From the human T2T-CHM13v2.0 reference genome, Homo sapiens: a stretch of DNA of 64,000 nucleotides. Positions 13,981 through 26,213 of this stretch are shown here, one piece after another. Below the pieces are notes generated by a model. The model saw only the letters and a program-made list of their open reading frames with translations, was not told the DNA's origin and made no database searches. Both the position numbers and the translations under genes were made by a program. Where the stretch lies: NCBI RefSeq assembly GCF_009914755.1, contig NC_060928.1; one strand, written 5' to 3'. Within the stretch, counting starts at the first letter, position 1. Every line of letters begins with the position of its first letter.

Positions 13981-15874
13981 TAAGATCTTAAAAACACCAA
14001 TTTTTAGGTAGTTTTTAGCAGAAAAGAAAAAAAAATCTATTTAACTGTTTTCTTCAGACCTGAAGCAGTATTTAAATACATTCATATTTAGAAGTTTTAA
14101 ACAGTTCCTTGAAAAGCCAAGGCTGAGCCAGAAATCAGGCAGAGCTTTTGCAAGGCATAAGGAGGAGCATGTGGGCAGAAACCCCTGTGAGTGCAAGAGG
14201 TGGGCCACCTGCAGGAAAACTGCCCAGTCCACTCTGCAGAGAAGGATTGGAGCATTTTCTACACCAGCCTGCCAGGGACACACCTGACTGCACAAAGATC
14301 CATCTAAAATCACTCACATTATACTCACAGAAGGTGGTATTTTCACAGCTTCATCTTTCCGCAGTTGGTAATCAAATGTAAGAAGAGCTTTTATTTTTAT
14401 AGGAATGATTTAGCTTATGGAGTACCAATCTCATCCTTTTCCTTCCTCTGTCTTTTTAACCAAGCATAGAATGAGGAGACCAATGTATATAATCAAATAC
14501 TTGCGTATGCTGGAAAAGAATTTATGTCATTCACTCATCTCCTTTTAATTAAAACCTAGTGAGATTGGTGGCAATGTTGGGAAGCAGATGGATGAGCATG
14601 AATTTCAAATGTGTATTTAGAAAAATTGAAAGGATTGGTAGGAAAGATATTAAGTAGGCAGTGTGGTCGGGAGTTGAACCTGTGAGTTCAACAGCAGGCG
14701 CTTGTAGCATAAAATATAGTAGTGCTTCCAGACCCCTCTGACCTAGGGATGTCTAAGAGATAAGGAGGGAAAGTGCAGGGGTCTCTTTTCTTGTGGTTTA
14801 TGCATTTTGAAGTTATTAAAGCATAAGACAATTTGTTCTGGAATTTTTACTCAAGATAAAAACTATGACCATTGTGTGAACATTACTGCTTCACCTCCCT
14901 CTCCTAACTCTACTTTTGTTTACTATTCCATATCCAGTGTCTAGCAGTGTACTCATCAAACAGTAAGTGCTCAGTACATATTTGTTGAATGACTAAATAA
15001 GTGGATTCTGGCACTTAATTATAAGAGCTTTTTGGAAGATGAAAAGATTCTTAAGCAAAATGATTTTTTAAAGATGTAAAGACAAAAGAAGCTTATCTTC
15101 CAGTCCCCTTCCTCACTTGACTCTGCCAGCCCCCTTCAATACATGCCTCACTGGCACCTCTCCTGGATTTAGCTTTAAAAGTTTGGGAGGAGTGAAGGTG
15201 TGTGTCCTCATATTACTAAAAGAAGAACCCTAGTGTTGTGTAACAGTGTTTCACAGGCTCTTTCATAATAAACATAATATTAGACACAGCCAAAGTAAGT
15301 TCATTTTGAATTAATAATCCAGTATTTCATAGTGCTGGTTCGAGGTACAGATCTAGGCCTTGTGTGCAACAGAATAGAATTTTAGAAGTAGAGTAAAAAG
15401 TTTCATCCACTAAGCTGTTTCTCATTGGCCTGCAGTCTGATTTCTTTCAAAGTTTTGGAGTTTAACACAAATTTAGGTGTTCAGCTAATAATAAGATTAA
15501 GGGTGTTTGTGGGCAAACCAAATATAATTTATATCCCTTAATTTTGAGCTCATAATGTTTCTGCTCTGGGTTTATAAGAGATACCACCGAAGAAAAATCT
15601 CAATTAGAGTGAGATAATTTGTAAAGTAATAAGTAGGGTTTTTTTTGTTTTTTTTTTTTAGGAAGCACACTAGTGTAGTGGTTAGGTTTTTGACTTTGCA
15701 TCATAGAGACCTGCAGTTGATTATTTTACCAACCTCACTACTCTTTTGTCTCAACCCTCCAAATCTTTGTTTTTTCACCTGGAAACTGGGAATAGTAACA
15801 GTACTTTCCTCAGAGACTCATTAATAAGATAATTCATGTAAAACACCCAGAACAGTGCTACATAATAGTGTTCA

Positions 15875-16370
15875 TACCAGTTATGATTAAGCCTATGCTG
15901 CTGGGCCAAAGAGCCCCCAAAATACAGTGAATTAAAGGGCATACAACTTTTTTTATATTGCTCATATAAAAGGGTAAGCATTCCAGGCTTGCAAAGAATC
16001 ATGTTCTTTGCAGAAATTCAGGCACCCAGATTTCTTCCATCTTGTTGCTCCATGCTTCCTACATCTCAGGGTTCATCTACATAGTCAAAGATAGGTCGCA
16101 GGTATGTCTGTGTCCCAGCTTGAGGGGACAGGAAGAAGTGTGGAGGCAGCATGCGCAATGTCTTCATGCTCAGTCCTAGAGAAGGCACACATCATTGCCA
16201 TGTACTTTGCACTGGGGAGAATTAAGTCACATGGCCGCCCACATCTGGCTGCCAGAGAGGCTGAGTGGTATAATTTCTACCTGGATGACCATGTGCTCAG
16301 TTACAATTCATTCATTGTGGAAGAACAGAAGAACAGATTTGGGTGAGCAGGTAATGGTCTGCCCCACAGT
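15875..16370. mobile_element. MLT1-type MaLR LTR remnant inserted in a MIR
   Basis: cccccaaaatacagtgaattaaa, ttccatcttgttgctcca and aagtcacatggccgcccacatctggctgccagagaggctg motifs. MIR-like sequence flanks it (15660-15872 and gtgcttaataaatg at ~16370). Confidence 0.6.
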
Positions 16371-16699
16371 GCTTAATAAATGCAACCATTATGTATTTAT
16401 TTAAAAATAACATTTCAAGTAACAGTCTAAATGTCTTTGTTCTGGGGAAGAGGAATCAAAGAGCTTCTGTAACACAGAATTTGTGCTACATAGCACATAT
16501 CTCCCATAAGTGTTATTTTTATTTTTTGGAAGGGAGTCTTTTAAGTATTGAACTTCAAATCAAGGTAAACCTTGAGGGAGAAAAGAAAGAGTGGACAAAA
16601 AGCAGTAGAAGGGATGGGAATGTATTAAAAGGAATGAATGCTAATTAGCTATATGCTCTTCCTTCCTCTCAGCCAGCCATCTGGGCAACAAGAAAGGCT

Positions 16700-17030
16700 T
16701 ACTACAGTTAGATAAATTTAACCCCTTCTCTGACCTGGCAAGGACAAAGTACACTGGCTTCTGAAGAAACTTTTTCTTGGGAGCAAGGTAGTTATTTCAA
16801 AGCACAGAAAAAGGCGGCGGGGGGCACAGAGAAGCACAGAGAAGCGGGGGCAGTTGCACAGGTAAAACATTCATCTTGGCTTTTCTTTTTAAAAGATAAA
16901 CTTTGTCCCACGTAAAGAGGAAAACTGCATAGATATTCATTGAGATTATCTGATTTGTCACTGTTGCCAAAGAAAAAACAAAGGTAAAATACACGAGTTT
17001 CTGCATTCAGAAGAAAGTATTTCAGGTAAA
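16700..17030 (+). promoter_or_regulatory. Candidate internal promoter / non-coding alternative first exon of GAB1
   Basis: Non-repetitive patch with GC boxes (ggcggcgggggg, gcggggg), GATA sites (agataa, ttatct) and three AG|GTAAAA donor-like motifs after 16861, 16983 and 17025. Confidence 0.4.
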
Positions 17031-18382
17031 AATTAACTATTAAGCAACTTTTCTCAGCAGAAGAAATGCCCAAATTCTTAAGGACAGCCAAGTTGTGAGT
17101 TAGAGAGCTAGTGTTATAACAGATATTTTTAAATACATATATGAATTACCTCCTTACGTTACTTTATTCTTGTGTTTTTAGCAACTGTTGAAAACAATTA
17201 TAAGAAATGAAATAATGTCCTGAGCTGCCACATGGTATGTTTTAAAATCTGCGATTTTATTCTTGACAAGTAACATACACTACATGCTTTTGTGTGCAAG
17301 TAATGCTCAGATGTTTGATAACGGAGTGATCTTAAAGAGGAGGCATCTGTTTTTGTTTTTATAAGTAGTTCATTGCCTAACTACCAAAAATAGCTGCAGT
17401 TATTTTAAACAGATGGTCCCAAGTTAATAGGGAAGAAAGTAGAAGTGAGTCTATTTCCCCAGTTTTTATTTTTACCCCACAAAAATGGTAAAAATAATTA
17501 ACAGTATATAATTTGAACAAATTCTATCAGAATGCTTTCTTCTAAGTTATTCTTTCTGAGAGAGGGGATTTGTCAATTGAAGTATATGATGTGGTGGAGT
17601 TGAAAGCCAATATAAATTGCTTAAATTTCTACTTTCTGATAGCGTTCATCAAAATGATTGCTGCATTGTTGAAATAGAGCTTTTGATTTTTAAAAGACAA
17701 TTAAATTGTGGTAAGATACATGAAACCTACCAAAACTTACTTCAAAAGTTTTGAAGTCTTAAGAGGGTGGTAAGTGGTGGTGGTGACATGTTAAGAGTAG
17801 GACCTTGCCAGATGACCAGAAAGAATATGGGTTGATGACATTAATATTTTTATGATTTCTGAATTCCTCAGGAGTCCTAAGTTAATAGTTAATAACCTAC
17901 TCTTTAGTTTCTGACATTGAAGATAATGAATATTTTGATAATGCAACAACGAATTTGTATTTATAAGGGACTTTGAAGAAGAATGCATTTGTGTGGTATA
18001 CAGATGCTGTTACTATACATCAGTTTCAGTAGATTACAATAGTACTTGGGCCCAACTACTATCGTATATAGCTATCCATCTGTAAAGAAGATGGATATCT
18101 GAGGTTTTTTACTTCTGAAATACTAGGCTGTTAAAGCTTACTGAGATTTTTACTTTCTATTAGTGATAGCAGTACCTTTTTCATGTCTATGGGCTATATT
18201 TCCATGTATATGTCCACAAAGTACCTGCAGTTCTTTGATTTTGATTTTTGCATTTTCTTTACTGTTTCATGTGGACTATGGGCTGTAAGCTGCTTACATT
18301 GAATCTTTCAGTTTTGCTTCTGTCTGAATTTGTCTAGATGAAAAATACTAGACTGGCTCATATGAAATGATAAAATTGTAGA

Positions 18383-18570
18383 CCAGGGTAGCAAACTATG
18401 GCCTGTGGGCCTGATACTGTTTAAGAAGGTTTTTCACATTTACAAAGGTTTTTTTTTTTAAAAAAAAAAAAAGAAAAAAAAAGAATATGAGACAGAAACC
18501 ATGTGTGTAGCCTACAAAACCTAAAATATTTATGATCTGGCCCTTTACAAAAAGGTTTGCTGTCCTCTGT
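18383..18570 (-). mobile_element. MER58-type hAT element
   Basis: ccagggtagcaaactatggcctgtgggcc ... ctaaaatatttatgatctggccctttaca..tttgctgtcctctg. Confidence 0.72.
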
Positions 18571-18579
18571 CATAGACAA

Positions 18580-18835
18580 ATAGTACAGTGTTAAGTGGTT
18601 AAGGGCACAGGCTCTGGGTGAGGCCAGACTACTAGGTTCAGATCCTGGCTTTACTATTTCCAGTATGACCTAGTCAAGTTACTTAATGTCTTTGTGACTC
18701 GTTTTCTCATCTATAAATGGGAATAAATTACAGCCTACCTCATAGGGCTGTGATGAGGATTAAATTAATGTATAAAGTGCATAGAACAATGTCTGGTACT
18801 TAATGAGTATTCAATAAATGTTAATAATTGTTATT
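18580..18835 (+). mobile_element. MIR SINE (near full length)
   Basis: agtggttaagggcacaggctctg...ttttctcatctataaatgggaataa...taaagtgcatagaacaatgtctggtac...caataaatg. Confidence 0.82.
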
Positions 18836-19220
18836 GCATTGGAAAAAATCTTGAAAGATCATGTAAACTAATTTTGGCTTTCCAGTGGTGAGTGTCCGCA
18901 TTATTAAAGACCATTTTTCTGATTTCTGCATCAAGAGTGGAGGGTCATTTTCTTTTTAATGGTGCCTGCTTTACCCAAAAAAGAAAAGAGAGGCCCATAG
19001 TCAAATGTAAAAAAATGCTTGAAAACATAAAAAACTGTAACCACAGCTGCTTTTTAAGAAAAGGACAATCAAAGCTCTTTGAATTAAATGACACTTAAAA
19101 AACAGCACAAAGATCCTTTTACATACTTAGGACAAGCATAAGAAGAAATAAAGTGGAAATAAAAGATGTGGAAGATAATGTTAGAAGGAAGGGGAAACAG
19201 GAATGAGAAAGGTAGTCAGC

Positions 19221-19524
19221 AGCTGGGCGCTGTGGCTCACACCTGTAATCCCAGCACTTTGGGAGGCCAAGGCAGACAGATCAGGAGGTCAGGAGATCGA
19301 GACCATCCTGGCTAACACGGTGAAACCCTGTCTCTATTAAAAATACAAAAAAATTAGCTGGGCATGGTGGCACGTGCCTGTAGTCCCAGCTACTCAGGAG
19401 GCTGAGTCAGGAGAAACACTTGAACCCGGGAGGTGGATGTTGCAGTGAGCCGAGATCGTGCTACTGCACTCCATCCAGCCTGGGGGACAGAGTGAGACTC
19501 TGTCTCAAAACAAAACAAAAAAAA
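19221..19524 (+). mobile_element. AluSc/Y-like
   Basis: Full-length; TSD aaaggtagtcagc. Confidence 0.93.
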
Positions 19525-22500
19525 GGTAGTCAGCAGAAGAGGAGAAAGATTCGGATCAAAAGGGAAGCTGGAGGTTTTTCAAGGAAGTCCAGTGTTGACA
19601 TCCCTCCTTCCCTTGGGAACCCACCTCAGTTAATCTGTGTGTCCAATTTAAATGCTTCCATTTGAAGAAAAGCCTGACTTGTTTATTTTCTATTGCAGAA
19701 ATAAATTTTTATCATCAAGTAATATTAACTGAATATACATTATATGTAACTTGTGTTCCCTCAGAAAACTGATCACATGTATACAAAAGCATCATATTTT
19801 GTATCTTTATTTTTAGGTCAAGCAATTCTGTACCCCTTAGCCACTTAGTTTCATCATCATCATCAAACATTTTTTGGGTTCCTAAATATGTTTCTTCATG
19901 TTTAATACTTCTTTATTCTGCTTGTTCTTTCAAGTAGGGAAAGGACAAACTTAATTATTTACAAAATGTAGACGATGGTTAAAAAACAGGAAAAAAATTT
20001 AATGAAGTGTAATTCATTCTCTCTTTTTCCTTCTTTTGTACTCAGGTTGTTTATTCTGTTGATGGATATTGGACTGGAGTGATGAGTGTTCTAGGATGGG
20101 TATTTGATGATGCCAGGGGACTCAAGTAATGGCTTTGCATGAAGATTACACAGTAAAGCTGCACATTGATTACCTCATCTTATTAGCTGATGGAGATGTT
20201 TGAGAGGACAAGATTGCAGGGCTTTCAAGCCTGTACAGCTACCAGGATTTGATCCTAAGAGCTTGATCATTGTCATTGCCCATAGGGACTGTGTTAAGAA
20301 TAGTGGTGGTTTACTACTTAAACGCATGAGAGTGTTATAACAGTTCCCTATGTCTTTTGAATTGTTTAGATAAGGTTAGGACTTTCAGATCAACTTGAGT
20401 TTTAATTTTTAGCATTTATAGAATTCTAAAATTAATCCTGTTTGTTTTTGTCTTCCTCCACTAAAATTTAAGTTTGCTGAGGTAGACAGTTTTGTTTCTG
20501 GAACCACTATCCCTCCAGCGGCTAGAACAGTGGAACATGTTCAATAAATATTCAATAAATATTTTTGAATAAGTGAATGAATGAACAGGTTAAATGTAAT
20601 CTTTATTTTTTAATGAACTATCCTTTCCAGAGACATACAAATTGCCAGTTGATGGCATTTTTTATTTCTTTTTGTAAAAAGAGTATTTTAAAATTTGAAT
20701 GAGTTCTATCTAACAGATAACACAGTTGAGTACATTAAAAGGGACCTTGAACACAAAATCCATGTTTTCGTGGATTAGTATTTTTGCAGCTTAAATGGTG
20801 AACGATAGGATTGTTAGATGCAAATAACTCTGGAAATTAAAGACCTTTAGTTGTAACTCTCCCTAAAATGTTTGTGAGAGCTTGTAAAATGTTGTTCACT
20901 TTATTCTATTATAAAAGGGCATTATAATAAATATGAAGTTTTGAAACCATGTTCTTTTAAATGAGGTGAATTATAGAACTCTGTTATTAGCCATTATGCT
21001 GTGCCCCTTCTTTTAAAGCATATCCCTCCACATACCCTTTCTAAGGACTTGGGGGTAACAAAATGAGGAGTAAGTGAAGAAAGAAGAAGGCACAGCTTGT
21101 CGAGATTGATGGACCGCCCCCCGCCCCCGGGAGAGCAGCGTAGGAAATTGCAGGATGAAATTTGTGTGCCAGTCTTGTCAGCACCCATTCCTGTTGAAGG
21201 AGAGGGCATATGGATGAGGTGGGGAGGATTCCAGCAGAGGGGACCCAGGAAAGGGGAGGGGGTGGGGACAACAGGAAGTGTAATGGGAGGCTTGGGGAAA
21301 GTTGAAGATCTGATAAAGGTAGTTGGTGAGGTGAAGAAAGGAGAATCCACTAAAACTTGACCCTAGGAGCATTCTCCGCCGAATGGCATGGGGTAGTGAC
21401 CCTGACTCTGGACAAGGAGAGAAGCAAATGTACTCCTAGCCCTACTTGGGACCTTAAGGAAAGACTCATCCATGGCCATGATAGTGTAAATGCTGTTTAT
21501 TGGTTTTAAGCTCTTTAACTCACCCTTTGGAGTGAAAAACAATAGAAAGTTAAGCTGGTTACAGAACAGACTGTAAATGTTATAAACCTTGAAAATGTAA
21601 ACTATAGATACAGCAGATGGAAATTAGGCAGTGGAAGGGCATGAGGAGAGATGGGGGGAAAGGATGAAAACTGATTGTTCCAAGGAGCTAGAAGATGCAC
21701 TCTAAGACTGATTAAAAATAGCAGCTCGATCGGGTGGCTTAATGTCATTCTGGTTGAGGGACTGGAATATGTGGTGCCACTATATTGGGATAAAGCAGGA
21801 AAGTGAGATGTCAAGACAGGACTTCAGTAGATCTAAAAGAGGTAAGTCATATATAAGCATATTATTTGGAAATATGGGGTTTCTCTTTCAGTGTCCTGAT
21901 AAGAGACTGGATTCAGCCCAGATGGTTCAAATGCATACTTTAATGAATGGACTACTTATGGTATTATGGGCTGGTTTACATTCTTGGGGTTGAGGGACAG
22001 AGGAAGAAATAATAAATACTAATTTTAAAAACTGTACACAGGCTTATTGAGCACTGAGGCAGTGGAAGAGTGGCCACTCAAGGGTGCAGTGGTCAGGGAT
22101 GTAAGGAGCCCCTGCTGGAAGCACAGGGAATAAATGCTCCCACTTCTGCCCAAACACAGAGAAAGGCAGAGAGTGAGTGGGGGTTAGGTAAAGCAGGGAG
22201 GGGTAAGAGAAGAATAACCAGCAGGGAAGGTAGGTAGAACTTGGGTTGGGGTGATCGTGTTGCCTGATAAACTGTTCTGTACAGTTTGATAATCTCTTGC
22301 AGGGAGATGGAATATTTTAATGTAAATATTTGCATTTAGCACCTACTATTTCATCTAATGTGACAGGAGCTTGGTGGACCAGTAGTGACTTGAGCAAGAT
22401 CTCTGCCGTCAAGTAGCTTATAGTCTGATTGGAAAGACAAGATGCTACCAAAACTAGCAAAAAACAAACAAAAAAATGATTACACATTGTGATTAATGCT

Positions 22501-24006
22501 ATAAGTTTAATTTCAGAGCACACAAAAAGGTTAATCCTGCTTGTATAAACTTAATTCTTTAATAATGATACTGCAGGCATTTTTACAATATAGTTAATTA
22601 TTTGGGAGTGGGAACAATTCTTTTGAGTAGCCCATTTTGCTCTATTTAACTATAAATACACTACATGCTACAAATCAGATGTACAGATGAAACAGCTGCT
22701 GCTTCGTTGTTTTGTTCCTGTTACTCATTTTAATGAATAATTTGAACAGACTCCAAAACATTAAATTATATGTATAAACATACTTTAAGGATTATATCAT
22801 AATGTTAGTGTATTTAAAACTTAGTGGTGATGTCATTACCTAAATATAGTAAATTTTAAGAAAACAAATTATTTGAGCTATTTTACCCTCTATAAATACT
22901 TTGGCAGTAAAACAGACAAGGGCTAAAAATCAACCCAAGCATCCATATCCAAGTATAGAGAGCTGTGAAATTCCCCCACTTTCTTCCTCCTGACATATGA
23001 ACCTTGATAATTAAAATATATCTTTCCAAGGTCCCTGCATGAAATTTGACTTTTCTTGCCTTTCTAATGGAGATATGAGCAATGGCAGAGACAGGGAAAA
23101 GGACTTAGAAGCAGAAGAGTTTTATTCTGTCTTCCTTGATACTTCCTGTGGCTGAAGGGTTTTGTCCAAAGGGAAAAGATAAATGAACAGAGGAAGATAG
23201 ATGTAGGCTCATTCCTCATGCCTCCCATCTTCCGTAGCATTCACAGCAGTCTGAGAACAGACAAATTCAAGTCCTGGGTTCCTATATCCTGAGCATTTGC
23301 TTATTAAAATAAACCTTTGAATACTTCATCTACTCTGATTCAGACTACTCTCTTTCCTCCATGAAAAAGCTGGTGAGGGTGTTATAAGCTGATACTATAT
23401 ACATGTAAGATGTAGTCATGAATCATTGGAAGCTCACTGCTTTTAGAACCTGCCAAAATTACCATACTAATGCACTTCTATGAAGGGTGTTAAAATGGTA
23501 ATTAAGCAAATAAACTCTGCTTATTTTAGTACCTTTATTCATTTCAGAATATTTTTTGTATGGATCTCTCATTTGATTTTTACACAGTTTTTAGAAGCAG
23601 AATTTCTGCTGTTGCAGGGGGAAGTTTTATATGTTCAAGTACTTAAATATGAGAGAAAATCTAGAATTGCCTCTACAAATCATTTTGTTTGTAATAATCA
23701 TGAGTTACACATTCTGTTTGCTCTAGAAATCAAGAAACAGAATAGTGGATCATTTAAGGCCAGAAACTATATCCACTACTTGTATCTCCCTTTTGGGATG
23801 GTTTTCTGATGTTTTTTTCAGTGTGTGTCATTTGTATAACCCTGGCCGGCTGTCTTGAAAATATATGTCACTAATCATGGTAGGGGGTAGGTGGGTGAGG
23901 GGGTCATCTGATTGGTTGTTTACATAAATTAGTTGTAGTGTCTGTTATCTTCATATTTAAATAACTGTATATGTTAGTATAAAACTCCAGTATAAAATGG
24001 GCAGCT

Positions 24007-24137
24007 GGCCAGGTGCTATGGCTCACATCTGTAATCCCAGCACTTTGGGAAGCTGAGGCAGGAGGATCGTTTGAGCTCAGGAGTTCGAGACCAACCTAGG
24101 CAACATGAGGAAACCTCATCTTTACAAGAAAAAAAAA
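24007..24137 (+). mobile_element. FLAM (free left Alu monomer)
   Basis: Monomer plus A tail; TSD taaaatgggcag. Confidence 0.9.
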
Positions 24138-25169
24138 GTAAGTAAGTAAAATGGGCAGTTGGTTTAGAAGAGAGACAGACAAAACCCATACCCTTTCTAG
24201 ATAGAAAGATCCCCATCTAGATGAGTGTGCTTTCTGATAGGAGTCACACAGCCATACCTGCCATCACTGAACCATTGTGTCTTTTACTTTACCTGTTCTT
24301 TGATTTTGAAATACTGTGGAAATGATTTCTCAGATTTTCAGAGTTGTCTTTATGGAAATGATTTTGTTTTAGTTATTCACGTCTAGGACATCTGAAAACC
24401 AAAAGTAAAGTGGCCAGACCATGTCAGTCTAGAAACTAGCAGCCAGTAAATTGTCTTCTTAAATATTAAGAAAGCAATATACTACCTAGATGCAATCAAA
24501 GATGTCAGCTTTTCCTTAAAAGGCAATGATCAAAAGTCCAAAGGTGCACAAGGAAATAGTTAAACCTACCTAAGTTGAAACAAAAGTTTTGGCTTTAGGA
24601 CAAAAGGGTTTAATAGGAATTCACAAGTAACCTTTCTATTTTTGAGTGACTGATTTGCAGTTCAAACTACAGGTAACCTCTTTGTGCTTTGTGTTTTATA
24701 TTGTTGTTGTGTTTTTGTTTGTTTTCCCACGTGTTGGCAGTGCTTGCCTTTTTTGAAATTTTCCCTGCTCATAAACACTCCACTAGGGGGCAGACAAAAG
24801 AATAGAGAAGAAAAGAAACCCATATCAATACACTGCATCCAGTATACATTTACATGACATGTTTGCTGCTCCTTCTCTATACTGTGGCGGAAGTCTTTCT
24901 GTTCATTCATCCTTCTTATAAGGGCACTCAAAGTGATTTTTAGCAGTCTTATTTTTACATTTAAAATATAAACATATTTCCACAAGTTAAATGGTAATTT
25001 TAAAATTCATTGTCATAGTAATTTTTTATGGTTTTTCTGGTATGTCTACCAGTGAACCACTTAATAACGAACACTTAGTTGTGTATTGATGACTGTAATG
25101 ATGATCCCTATAGGGTTTATCTTACGTGGAGCATTTGTTTACCCATCCACACTAAATTGAGTCTTGCTC

Positions 25170-25471
25170 TTTTTTTTTTTTTTTTCGAGATAGGGTCTCA
25201 CCTGTCACCCAGGCTGGAGTGCAGTGGCGCAATCTTGGCTCACTGCAACCTCCGTCTCCTGGGTGTTCAAGTGATTCTCATGCCTCAGTCTCCCCAGTAA
25301 CTTGGATTACGGGTGTGCACCACCATGCCTGGCTCATTGTTTTGTATTTTTAGTAGAGACAGGGTTTCACCATGTTGGCCAGACTGGTCTTGATCTCCTG
25401 ATCTCAAATGATCCATCCTTCATGGCCTCCCAAAGTGCTGGGACTACAGGCGTGAGCCACTGTGCCTGGCC
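25170..25471 (-). mobile_element. AluS
   Basis: Full-length; TSD tgagtct. Confidence 0.93.
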
Positions 25472-25914
25472 TGAGTCTCTACTTTTTGTCAGGCACATGT
25501 CCAAGTTTTGAGAACAGAGCAGCAAAGAGAAAGAGCCTGGATGGTAGAGTGTGAAAAGGGGGGTGGTTATGGCTGCCTCCTAAGCCATTTGGTGAAAAGA
25601 CTAGGCTGTGAAAGGAAACGGAAGAAATTCTTGATGGCTAATGCTGGGTGGTTTTTATTTCTAATTATTCCTTATAACAGCTCATAATGATTAGAATGCC
25701 ATATGGAGCTGGAGTTGGGGCTTCACTTGTGAGAGAATAAGCTCCCCTTCTTAATCTATGCCATGTCTAGGGAGGCTAGCTGAAGACTTTTTATTTTTTA
25801 TTTTTAATTCTTCCTTTATCTTTGCTCCAGCAAGAATCAAATCCAGTTACCAAAAATGTATTTACTTCAGCCAACCTGGGGTTACAGAATCTTTAAATGA
25901 AAATGTTATTGCTT

Positions 25915-26213
<299 letters not shown>

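Noticed and set aside
18448-18482. T-run/A-run hairpin as a terminator or ncRNA
   Set aside because: Homopolymer expansion inside a MER58 element; intrinsic terminators do not apply to this context.
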